This document shows, piece by piece, positions 1 through 7,440 of a stretch of DNA of 17,584 nucleotides (position 1 is the stretch's first letter; each line of letters opens with the position of its first letter). The notes below the pieces were generated by a model. It did no database searches. It saw only the letters and a program-made list of their open reading frames with translations, and was not told where the DNA came from. A program made the translations under genes and the position numbers. The stretch is from an uncultured archaeon. Lineage in GTDB: Archaea; Asgardarchaeota; Lokiarchaeia; Sigyniarchaeales; SOKP01. The stretch lies in contig CAYUTF010000071.1 in assembly GCA_964447495.1 (NCBI GenBank), positions 1-17,584 of the forward strand. Direction: 5' to 3'.

Positions 1-52
1 ATGTTTACAGATTATATTAAACTTAAAATGAAATGTTTGAGTTTATAATCTT

Positions 53-838
53 ATGTCTGAAGAATTAATTCTTTATAATGTTAAAGGACGCATTGCAGAA
101 ATCACCATTAACCGTCCAGATAAAGCCCATGCATTTAGTATAGAAATGTTGCAAACAATGTACGAAAATTTAATTAAAGCAGATAAAGATGAGAAAATTA
201 AATACATTTTAATTAAAAGTACTGGTACAAAATTTTTTTCAGCGGGTTATGACCTAAAAGAGATACAAGGGTCGCCTGAAAAAGTCAAAATGATTACTGA
301 GTGGGGTAGAAAAGTAAATGAGACTATGCTTTTTTTGAAAAAACCGATTATTACACAGGTTCAAGGAATTGCTGTTGGTTTTGGCGTTTTAATGATCCTC
401 GCATCAGATTTAAGAATCTTTGCTGATAGACCATTAGAAGAATTATACTTACACCTCCCCGAACTTGCGATTTCAGCTTTTCCCCAAACTGGGGCTACAT
501 TACTCCCATTATTAGCATTTGGATTGAGTAATGCTAAACGCTTACTCTTTACAGCTGATAAAATTGGAGTTGATGAACTAAAAAATATTAATTTTCCAAC
601 TCGAGTTTTTGCTCTTGATGATTTAGAAACAAATACTCAAGCTTTTATTAAGCAATTGACGAAATACCAAAAAGAATTCATCTTCTTCACAAAAACTATG
701 CTTACGATAATGAACAAAACTTATGTAAAAGCATGTTTTGATTTAGAAGATGAGTGTGGGAAAGTAGCATATGCTAAAGATAAATCATATGAACAATTGA
801 ACCGATTTATTGGAGAATTGTACAAAAAATATACATAA
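53..838 (+). CDS. Enoyl-CoA hydratase/isomerase (crotonase superfamily) protein
   Basis: 261 aa. N-terminal IAEITINRPDKAHAFS, oxyanion-hole FFSAGYDLKE, KPIITQVQGIAVGFG...ASDLR and PE motif are all typical of the crotonase fold. Confidence 0.92.
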   Translation: MSEELILYNVKGRIAEITINRPDKAHAFSIEMLQTMYENLIKADKDEKIKYILIKSTGTKFFSAGYDLKEIQGSPEKVKMITEWGRKVNETMLFLKKPIITQVQGIAVGFGVLMILASDLRIFADRPLEELYLHLPELAISAFPQTGATLLPLLAFGLSNAKRLLFTADKIGVDELKNINFPTRVFALDDLETNTQAFIKQLTKYQKEFIFFTKTMLTIMNKTYVKACFDLEDECGKVAYAKDKSYEQLNRFIGELYKKYT

Positions 839-860
839 TTCCTTCTTTTCTTCTTTTTTA
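839..860 (+). terminator. Putative archaeal-type U-rich terminator
   Basis: Pyrimidine/T tract TTCCTTCTTTTCTTCTTTTTTA immediately after the TAA stop of 53..838. Confidence 0.45.
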
Positions 861-945
861 TCCTTATTGTTCTAGAACTGCACCAATTTATTTTTAAATC
901 ACTTGGACCATATTTCATTTAGTACATTTTTAGAGTGTAAGAAGA

Positions 946-1608
946 ATGAGTATTAATAAATTACAAACAGTAATGAAACAAATTTTTATAACAATTGGCT
1001 GGATAATGATCCCTATTTTTCAATATATTCCTTGCGCTTCAATATGGTTTGGAATAATGAGCTTACCACTAATTGGGTATTTATCTTTTTTCTTTATGAA
1101 TCCTTCAATGGTGAAATCAGATTTTGATTTCTTTTTTGTATATGGCTTCCCATGGAGTATTATCGCAATTATTAGCGGGATTTTCTTTTTGTTATCGTTA
1201 GGCTATCAACTCTTTCACAGGAAAAATTTAATATTTAAAGGACCTTATAAATATGTTCGCCATCCCCAATATCTCACAATTATCATAATGACTTTTAGTT
1301 TAACTATGATCTCATTAAACACGAGTCCAATCAATCCATTTAGCTCAAACATGGAATATAATTACGTTCTTCTCTTTTTTATATGGATTATAGAAACCTT
1401 GGCATATATTTTGCTAGCGAAATTAGAAGAATTTTGGTTAAGCAAAAAGCATGGGGGAAAATATATTCAATACAAAAATTCAGTCGGTTTTATGCTACCT
1501 CTTAAAACATTTATAAAAAAAGATTCTAATGAAATAAAGCTAAATGATAATGAGCTAAAGTCTAAATATGATACTGAATATTTAGATTATGCGGATAATT
1601 GTCCTTAA
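946..1608 (+). CDS. ICMT/PEMT-family (isoprenylcysteine carboxyl / phospholipid methyltransferase-like) integral membrane protein
   Basis: Several hydrophobic helices, signature LIFKGPYKYVRHPQYL and C-terminal EEFWLSKKHGGKYIQYKNSVGFMLP (EExxLxxxxGxxYxxYxxxV pattern). The start could alternatively be the ATG at 973. Confidence 0.82.
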   Translation: MSINKLQTVMKQIFITIGWIMIPIFQYIPCASIWFGIMSLPLIGYLSFFFMNPSMVKSDFDFFFVYGFPWSIIAIISGIFFLLSLGYQLFHRKNLIFKGPYKYVRHPQYLTIIIMTFSLTMISLNTSPINPFSSNMEYNYVLLFFIWIIETLAYILLAKLEEFWLSKKHGGKYIQYKNSVGFMLPLKTFIKKDSNEIKLNDNELKSKYDTEYLDYADNCP

Positions 1609-1657
1609 TGATATCAAAATATAAAAAATATTAAGAGAATTACGGGAATGAATTAAT

Positions 1658-2365
1658 GTGAGCGAAAATAAATCAAAGTATAAAAATTTTTTATTAATTA
1701 TTCTCATATTAGTTCCTATTTCACTTATTTTATCGCTTCTCATTTTATATCAGATAATTTCCTCTTATAGCGATACATTTGGAAAAATAGAAAATCCAAT
1801 TTTAGGATTAGTTATCATAATATTGTTAATTATTGTAATTACACTCTTATCTTATACAATAGTTATCTCTGTAAAAGAATATCATGATCGAATGATTCGA
1901 AGAGCTTGGTATTATAACAAGCATAAAAATATGACTTTAGAAGAGATCTTCAAAAATGAACACCGAAGAAAAATTATAAAGTATGTGCTTGAAGATCCTG
2001 GAATTCATCATAATGAGTTATTAAGAAAATGTGATATTCAAAAAGGTCAGTTACAGTGGCATTTAGATGTTCTTTTGAAGAATAACATCATTCGAAAAGA
2101 AAAATTTGGACAATATTCGATCTACTTCCCTCTTTTAAATACGCTTGAGAATGTTGAAGGTTTTGTAAATGGTTTAACTAAATCTGAAACAACTTCAAGA
2201 ATTTTTAATTTAATTAAAGATAATCCCGGAATTACCTCTTCAGAAATATCAATTAAGATTAATTTAGCTAGAAATTCTGTCAAATATCACATTGATAAAT
2301 TATTTCACAATGATTTAATCATTTATAAGAAGAAAGGAAGAAAAAATAAATTGTATATTAAATAA
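1658..2365 (+). CDS. Membrane-anchored transcriptional regulator with two N-terminal TM helices and tandem winged-HTH domains
   Basis: GTG start. Two hydrophobic segments (aa ~11-35 and ~48-72), then NEHRRKIIKYVLEDPGIHHNELLR...GQLQWHLDVL and RIFNLIKDNPGITSSEIS...RNSVKYHIDKL, each a PG-containing wHTH of the archaeal MarR/ArsR-like tandem type. Confidence 0.85.
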   Translation: MSENKSKYKNFLLIILILVPISLILSLLILYQIISSYSDTFGKIENPILGLVIIILLIIVITLLSYTIVISVKEYHDRMIRRAWYYNKHKNMTLEEIFKNEHRRKIIKYVLEDPGIHHNELLRKCDIQKGQLQWHLDVLLKNNIIRKEKFGQYSIYFPLLNTLENVEGFVNGLTKSETTSRIFNLIKDNPGITSSEISIKINLARNSVKYHIDKLFHNDLIIYKKKGRKNKLYIK

Positions 2366-2382
2366 CTAATTAGAGTCATCAA

Positions 2383-3264
2383 TTAGATGTTAATAAGTTT
2401 AGGGAACTTTATTTCCATTTCTAACTCTTTTTGTATAATTTTATCTAATAGCTCTTCTCTTTCACTACCAGAAAGCACTTCCAATTTTCTAATACTCAAT
2501 GGATCGACTTTTTCTCTTAATAATTTAATTTCTTTTGTTGTAGGAGGTTTTGTCTCTTTTAAGTTTTTATCAACTAATAAATCAAAGCCAGTTGATTCTT
2601 TTACCTCTTTAATATCTACACCAGGATGGAGTGTTTGTAATTTCATCTTCTTGCTTTTAATATCAAAATCTAAATATGCTAAATTTGTGATAACACACTG
2701 AGGTCCTGTACCGCCACAGATCGATTGTTTACCTTCAGGAAATCCGACTCCTGATACAAAGAATAATTGCTCAGACGGGACAAAAGTTCTATTATCATGT
2801 CTTGGTGTATAGAGGAATGAACCGCGAGAATAAAACATGCTGAAGTCTGCAATTCCCGCGCAACCAGGCAATCGTATTTTCGGCTTATTCCAATCTCCAA
2901 TACAGATATTATTTGTATTACCAAATTGATCGACCTGTGCTGGCCTAAAGAACTCAATTGTAGTTAATTTTTCTGACGGAAGCGATTCAAGAGTACATTC
3001 TCCTGAATTTTGAAATCTATATGCTCTAGCAGTATTCATCTCCAAATAAAGAAGTGAAACTTGGCGGGCTTCTGTTACAAAAGTATTTCCCATGATATAA
3101 TGATAAATAGCATCAGGAGCATGAGTTACTTTTGCTAACGTAAAAGCAGACCATACCATTGGTGTTGCGACACCAACGATCATGACATCGTCATTTCTCA
3201 CCTCTCTCGCCATTAAAACCGTCATCATCTCATCAATAGAATAATCTTTAGAGGGTTCAGTCAT
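2383..3264 (-). CDS. Class I CoA-transferase fold, beta subunit (GctB/IpdB-like)
   Basis: YSIDEMMTVLMAREV N-terminus, AQVDQFGNTN, RLPGCAG, GPQCVITNLA, LHPGV..EVKESTGFDL and PPTTKEIKLLREKVDP match glutaconate CoA-transferase beta-type subunits. Confidence 0.9.
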   Translation of the reverse strand: MTEPSKDYSIDEMMTVLMAREVRNDDVMIVGVATPMVWSAFTLAKVTHAPDAIYHYIMGNTFVTEARQVSLLYLEMNTARAYRFQNSGECTLESLPSEKLTTIEFFRPAQVDQFGNTNNICIGDWNKPKIRLPGCAGIADFSMFYSRGSFLYTPRHDNRTFVPSEQLFFVSGVGFPEGKQSICGGTGPQCVITNLAYLDFDIKSKKMKLQTLHPGVDIKEVKESTGFDLLVDKNLKETKPPTTKEIKLLREKVDPLSIRKLEVLSGSEREELLDKIIQKELEMEIKFPKLINI

Positions 3265-3363
3265 TGGTTGATATCACGTTTTATAATTCTATTTTCATTT
3301 GGATTTAATATTAATTAACATAAAAGTTTATAGAAATAAGCAAAGAGAAGGCAATAATCCTTT

Positions 3364-4140
3364 TTAAAATAATTCTGAATTAAATTCCAACATTTTGTCT
3401 TGAATTTTGTTTTTTATTTCTTTTGCTAAATTATCCTTGATATCTTCAGGTACAAATTCTAAATATTCATTTAATTCATTTTGGATAATTGGATCAATCT
3501 GCTCAATAAAGAATTCGAATATATCATGCCTTTTTAAATAAAGTTCCTTAAAAGATTCTATATAGTTGAAATTAAATTTTTTTAACCAGATTTTTCCTAT
3601 GTTTTCAAGGTGTTTAATATACTTCCTTGAATCAGGATTGTTGAAATTACTGAACTCATATTCATAATTGGATAAAATAGTATTAAAATGGTTTAATATC
3701 TCATTTTTATCTTTTGAATCTAAATTTGTATTAGAATTCAGAAAGGTAATAATCATGTATCTCTCAAATAGAAAGTAAATCTGCGCCTTGATATTTGATC
3801 CATAAATTTCAAGATGAGATAAATTTTGAATATTAGTTTGACTTGCAAAGACTTTAAATGAGCTAAAATACATAGAGATTAAGTCAATTTCTAATAAATT
3901 TTTATCATCTTCGGAGAGATATGATTTAATTGCTCCATAATTTGTTTCTTTCTGACCATCATACTCATAAATCATAATCGCATTTCCATATTGATCTGCG
4001 ACTATAAAACCTATTATTGGTGGAATTGAATTAAAATTATGCGATCGATACGCATTCTCCAATAATTTATTTCTAATGAGCGAATAATTATCATAAAAAG
4101 AACAATCCTTTTTTGTCGGATAGAAGTCTTGATCTGCCAT
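3364..4140 (-). CDS. Hypothetical protein with a predicted longin-like domain and C-terminal helical extension
   Basis: 258-aa ORF. The run IIGFIVADQYGNAIMIYEY / IDLISMYFSSFKVFASQ / LSHLEIYGSNIKAQIYFLFERYMIITFLNS / two amphipathic helices fits the longin beta-beta-alpha-beta-beta-beta-alpha-alpha order. The fold is inferred by eye. Confidence 0.6.
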   Translation of the reverse strand: MADQDFYPTKKDCSFYDNYSLIRNKLLENAYRSHNFNSIPPIIGFIVADQYGNAIMIYEYDGQKETNYGAIKSYLSEDDKNLLEIDLISMYFSSFKVFASQTNIQNLSHLEIYGSNIKAQIYFLFERYMIITFLNSNTNLDSKDKNEILNHFNTILSNYEYEFSNFNNPDSRKYIKHLENIGKIWLKKFNFNYIESFKELYLKRHDIFEFFIEQIDPIIQNELNEYLEFVPEDIKDNLAKEIKNKIQDKMLEFNSELF

Positions 4141-4247
4141 CGATTTATTCCTGCAAAGATTGCTAATATATTTAATTCAAAGTATATGCAGAAATACATA
4201 TATTATTATAAAAACAAAAGAGGGTACAAGTTTTCATACAAGAATTA

Positions 4248-4265
4248 ATATCACGTACGTGATAT
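4248..4265. repeat. Perfect 18-bp palindrome ATATCACGTACGTGATAT
   Basis: Equal to its own reverse complement. Lies in the intergenic space between the nitroreductase stop and the start of 3364..4140. Confidence 0.85.
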
Positions 4266-4272
4266 ATTTAAA

Positions 4273-5070
4273 TTATAAAGAATGATTAGCATTCATCCAA
4301 TTTGTCAGTGCTGCTTTTACAGACCGACGCATTTCTTTAGAAAAGGTTGCTCCTAGTTTTTCAAAGTAAATTTGTTCTCCGAAATTCTGAGCATCCTCAA
4401 TAATCCTTTTTCTATCAACACTCTGAAACATCTCTTTATACTCTTGCTCACTTAGCTGGCAATACCTATTAGTGTGAACAATGAATTTTTGAGGAAAACG
4501 TGGTGTAAGCGGAATTGTCTCCTTTTTTCCTTTTGGATATCCAAAACAAACCAATGTTATTGGAAAAACCCATTGTGGTAGTTTAAGAAGTTCACGATGA
4601 GTTTCATAATTTTCCATTATATCACCAATATAACACGATCCCATTCCTAAAGCCTCAGCAGCGATAACTGCATTCTGTGCGGCAATTAATGCATCACAAC
4701 AAGCTAAGAGTAAATCCGATTCCTGTGGAATTTCATAATTAATATTTATTGCATCACACTTTTGTTGTACCTTACATATATCAAAATAATCCCACCACCG
4801 CTGCATGTCTGCTAAAAAGATTAAAATTAAAGGCGCTTTTGCTATGTGAGGCTGATTATCACATGTAATAGCTAGCTTGTCCTTTAATTTTTTGTTGCTG
4901 ATTTTTAAAATGGAATAAAGCATCAGATTCCCTGCGGTTGGAGCTCTTATTGCTGCTTGTAAGATTATATTCTCTTCTTCCTCAGTAAGTGGTTTAGGAC
5001 TGTAGGCACGAATAGTTCGTCGTCTATTAAGCAGTTCAATAGTGTTATTATGATAATTATCCTTTTTCAT
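4273..5070 (-). CDS. Nitroreductase / NADPH-flavin reductase, NfsA/Frp family
   Basis: LLNRRRTIRAY, AAIRAPTAGNLMLYSI, NQPHIAKAPLILIFLAD, DALIAAQNAVIAAEALGMGSCYIG, LVCFGYP and PRFP motifs. Confidence 0.93.
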   Translation of the reverse strand: MKKDNYHNNTIELLNRRRTIRAYSPKPLTEEEENIILQAAIRAPTAGNLMLYSILKISNKKLKDKLAITCDNQPHIAKAPLILIFLADMQRWWDYFDICKVQQKCDAININYEIPQESDLLLACCDALIAAQNAVIAAEALGMGSCYIGDIMENYETHRELLKLPQWVFPITLVCFGYPKGKKETIPLTPRFPQKFIVHTNRYCQLSEQEYKEMFQSVDRKRIIEDAQNFGEQIYFEKLGATFSKEMRRSVKAALTNWMNANHSL

Positions 5071-5092
5071 TATAATCTCTCTTGTTTTAATT

Positions 5093-5950
5093 TCATAAAA
5101 GGATATCTAAAATTGTTTTAGAGCCTCCAACATTATCTAAATACTGATCATGGGAATCAATATCTATAAATTTGGCTTTATATTCATTAAAATCCATTTT
5201 AAGATACTCTTGTATGTGCAATGCATCAAAAGTATAGCGATCATAGCAAGAAGTTGGATGAGCTCCAAATGGAATCTTTACCACAGCATTTGTAGTTTGC
5301 ATTGGTAATTGTGCTTTCCCTGGTAAGTATCTAATATCTTCTGTTTCTACTATTTTTTCACAGGTAATGATTGTCTTCTTTGCTGTTTTTGCCATATCAT
5401 CATCCATCCACACGGCTCCAGCGATATTAGCATTTCCAAATTCGTCGGCAAAAGGAACATGAATTATAGCTACATCTAAATCGATCTTAGGAACAATCAT
5501 AACTTGAGTTCCTGACCCAAGTGGGTCTTCTATTTGTTTAATATCAGTTCTTACTTTAGCAAAATCTGTTCCTATTAAGCCTTTTAATGGCATAAAAGGG
5601 ACTTTTAAGTATGACGCCTTCAAACCTAAGGCAATGGTAGCTTCGGATTCTTCAGAAACGTCAATTGCTCCTGTTTCGACTGCTTTGCGATAGTGGGGCG
5701 CCATTCCAAACATTTCCATCCCCACAAAACATGATTTTAATTTAGAAACACATCCCGCTGCAATAAGCATATCGACTTCAAGCCCTCCCACAAAAGTACA
5801 GAGAGCTAAATTCTTTTTGGCTTGTCGAATGATTTCTCTTACAGCAGCAATTGGTTTCCTCCAAAATGAAAGTCCACCAAAACCTATTAAATTACCATCT
5901 TCAACATAAGAAGCAATTGCTTCATCTAATGACATTAATTTTGAATCCAT
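5093..5950 (-). CDS. Class I CoA-transferase fold, alpha subunit (GctA/IpdA-like)
   Basis: KLMSLDEAIASYVEDG, GFGG...RKPIAAVREIIRQ, DMLIAAGCV, PFMP..GLIGTD, DVAIIHVPFADEFGNA and PFGAHPTSC. SD-like GAGGCGAT lies upstream on the minus strand. Confidence 0.92.
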   Translation of the reverse strand: MDSKLMSLDEAIASYVEDGNLIGFGGLSFWRKPIAAVREIIRQAKKNLALCTFVGGLEVDMLIAAGCVSKLKSCFVGMEMFGMAPHYRKAVETGAIDVSEESEATIALGLKASYLKVPFMPLKGLIGTDFAKVRTDIKQIEDPLGSGTQVMIVPKIDLDVAIIHVPFADEFGNANIAGAVWMDDDMAKTAKKTIITCEKIVETEDIRYLPGKAQLPMQTTNAVVKIPFGAHPTSCYDRYTFDALHIQEYLKMDFNEYKAKFIDIDSHDQYLDNVGGSKTILDILL

Positions 5951-5999
5951 TTCTCATCGCCTCGTCTTGTTAAACTTTTACACTAGCGTTTTGAAATAA

Positions 6000-6022
6000 T
6001 ATTTAAAAAGAGTAATTACTCT
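6000..6022 (-). promoter_or_regulatory. Putative TATA box (TTTAAATA, minus strand) with an adjacent 14-bp palindrome AGAGTAATTACTCT (candidate operator)
   Basis: TATA-like 8-mer at 6000-6007, about 50 nt upstream of the CoA-transferase alpha ATG. A perfect palindrome at 6009-6022 lies directly upstream, in the divergent intergenic region. Confidence 0.45.
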
Positions 6023-6307
6023 ATTAAAAAGATTTTTTTATAACTTCCTTAATATCAATTTTTAAGTAAATAGAGTAAATTTTAAACTATCTAATGTCAC
6101 TCACTATTAATAATTGGTATTAAAAAATAAGAATTTTTATCGATAAATAAGGTATTTAACCTATTTTAATGTATTTTTTATGCTTTTAATTCGTTAAAAG
6201 AAATCCTTACGCTAAATTAAAATCTATCTCTTAAAAAAAAAATACATAAAGAATATAAACACAGTGCTATTAATGAAGCTCATTAACATTGTTAAGGGTG
6301 AAACTAG

Positions 6308-6976
6308 ATGGAGATCATAAATAAATTTGAGACTATCGCCCAAGAGAACCTTAAATTAGCTAAACAAGAAAAAGAGTTAGCCAAAGAATCTCGTTTAGTT
6401 GGGAAGTCTGAATTAAAAAGATCAAAAGCGCGTGAAACTCTTGTTAAAGAGGAATTGGACCTTGCTCGAATTAAAAGGCAATGGGCAGAAAAAAAGATAA
6501 ATTTAGTCATTGAAAAGCGTAATCTAAAAAAAAAGGGCTATATTGAAGTCGAAGAATCTGATTTAAGAAGCGAAGAAGAAACGGCATTATATAACCAGAA
6601 AATAGCGATTATTCAAGAGCAAATTGCGGAAATAAGTAGTGATATTGCCTTCTTAGAAAAGAAAATTGCTAAAAAAATCATAAATCTTGTTGAGGACAAA
6701 TTATACGCCGCTAAAGAGCGAGAACGATTAGTAAAAAATCAAGAAAATTATGTAAAGGATTTAAAAGAGAAAGCTCCAGAAACTAAAATATCTGTTGATA
6801 AAGAACATATAGATAGCCAAGAAAAGTTATTAAATAAAGCTAGGAATTCAATTGTAGAAGAGGAGAATCAAATTCGTTTAAAACAAAATGAATTATCAAA
6901 TCTAAAAAAAGACCTTTCAATGAAGCTTTCTGAAAGAGAAAAAATTAGACATGTTTCAAATAAAACTGAATTTTAA
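6308..6976 (+). CDS. All-alpha coiled-coil hypothetical protein
   Basis: 222 aa, K/E-rich, with one Pro and no Cys. Clear heptads (IAIIQEQ-IAEISSD-IAFLEKK-IAKKIIN). GGGTGA SD-like motif just upstream of the ATG. Confidence 0.8.
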   Translation: MEIINKFETIAQENLKLAKQEKELAKESRLVGKSELKRSKARETLVKEELDLARIKRQWAEKKINLVIEKRNLKKKGYIEVEESDLRSEEETALYNQKIAIIQEQIAEISSDIAFLEKKIAKKIINLVEDKLYAAKERERLVKNQENYVKDLKEKAPETKISVDKEHIDSQEKLLNKARNSIVEEENQIRLKQNELSNLKKDLSMKLSEREKIRHVSNKTEF

Positions 6977-6999
6977 AAATAAATATGGGGATGTAAAAA

Positions 7000-7209
7000 A
7001 TGAGTCTTGAAAAAGGGAAGGATATTTCATGGGCTTTCAAAATAATCTTTATTGCGATTATTTTAGGTCTAGTAGTGATTATCGGATTATTACTCAACCT
7101 TTTAATTTCTTATTTCATTGGTTTAGGAATTGGAATATTAGCAGCTATACTTATACTATTGATAATTTTTAAAATGCCTAAGATTTATGTAAAAGTAAGT
7201 AAATATTAA
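7000..7209 (+). CDS. Small membrane protein with two TM helices
   Basis: 69 aa with a hydrophobic hairpin (aa ~10-58) and basic termini. Starts 23 nt after the coiled-coil gene, with a GGGGATG purine-rich motif upstream. Confidence 0.65.
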   Translation: MSLEKGKDISWAFKIIFIAIILGLVVIIGLLLNLLISYFIGLGIGILAAILILLIIFKMPKIYVKVSKY

Positions 7210-7222
7210 ATCAGAAATTCAA

Positions 7223-7251
7223 TTTTTTTATTTATTTGTGTGTTTTTTTTT
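7223..7251 (+). terminator. Putative U-rich terminator of the 6308-7209 unit
   Basis: T7 and T9 tracts shortly after the 7209 stop. Confidence 0.45.
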
Positions 7252-7440
7252 ATGATTAGATTAATTTTTCTTTTCACTAGTGTGAATATTCGATACCCCA
7301 TCCAGAAAGAGTTTGAAATTAAAATAAGATAGGGACTCTGAATAAGTGATCTTTGATTTGAGTAAATATATTTTTATAATATAACTCGATGTGATAATCG
7401 TTAAGATAATATTTTTAGAGTTGTCCTTTCGGAGATTACA

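Noticed and set aside
721-918. 65-aa minus-strand ORF
   Set aside because: Antisense to the crotonase 3' end and its terminator. The poly-Lys comes from the T-tract.
946-1608. ICMT-like enzyme as a CaaX-processing partner of the small GTPase
   Set aside because: No complete protein in the window ends in a CaaX motif, Arf-type GTPases are not prenylated, and this family is widespread in prokaryotes.
2387-2957. ORFs 2387..2701 (+) and 2679..2957 (-)
   Set aside because: Antisense or alternative-frame shadows inside the CoA-transferase beta gene with no recognisable motifs.
4014-4199. 61-aa minus-strand ORF overlapping the start of 3364..4140 (possible frameshift)
   Set aside because: Short, no motif, and the main ORF has its own ATG. 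There is no evidence of a split gene.
5087-5095. Possible selenocysteine read-through at TGA stops (5093 and 10810-10812)
   Set aside because: In both cases an in-frame TAA follows within 2-3 codons and the proteins are already complete.
5951-6307. Long AT-rich intergenic region as a CRISPR array, ncRNA or replication origin
   Set aside because: No regularly spaced repeats, GC-rich structured segment or ORB-like motif is visible. It is consistent with a divergent promoter region.
6304-6510. 68-aa minus-strand ORF
   Set aside because: Antisense shadow of the coiled-coil gene.
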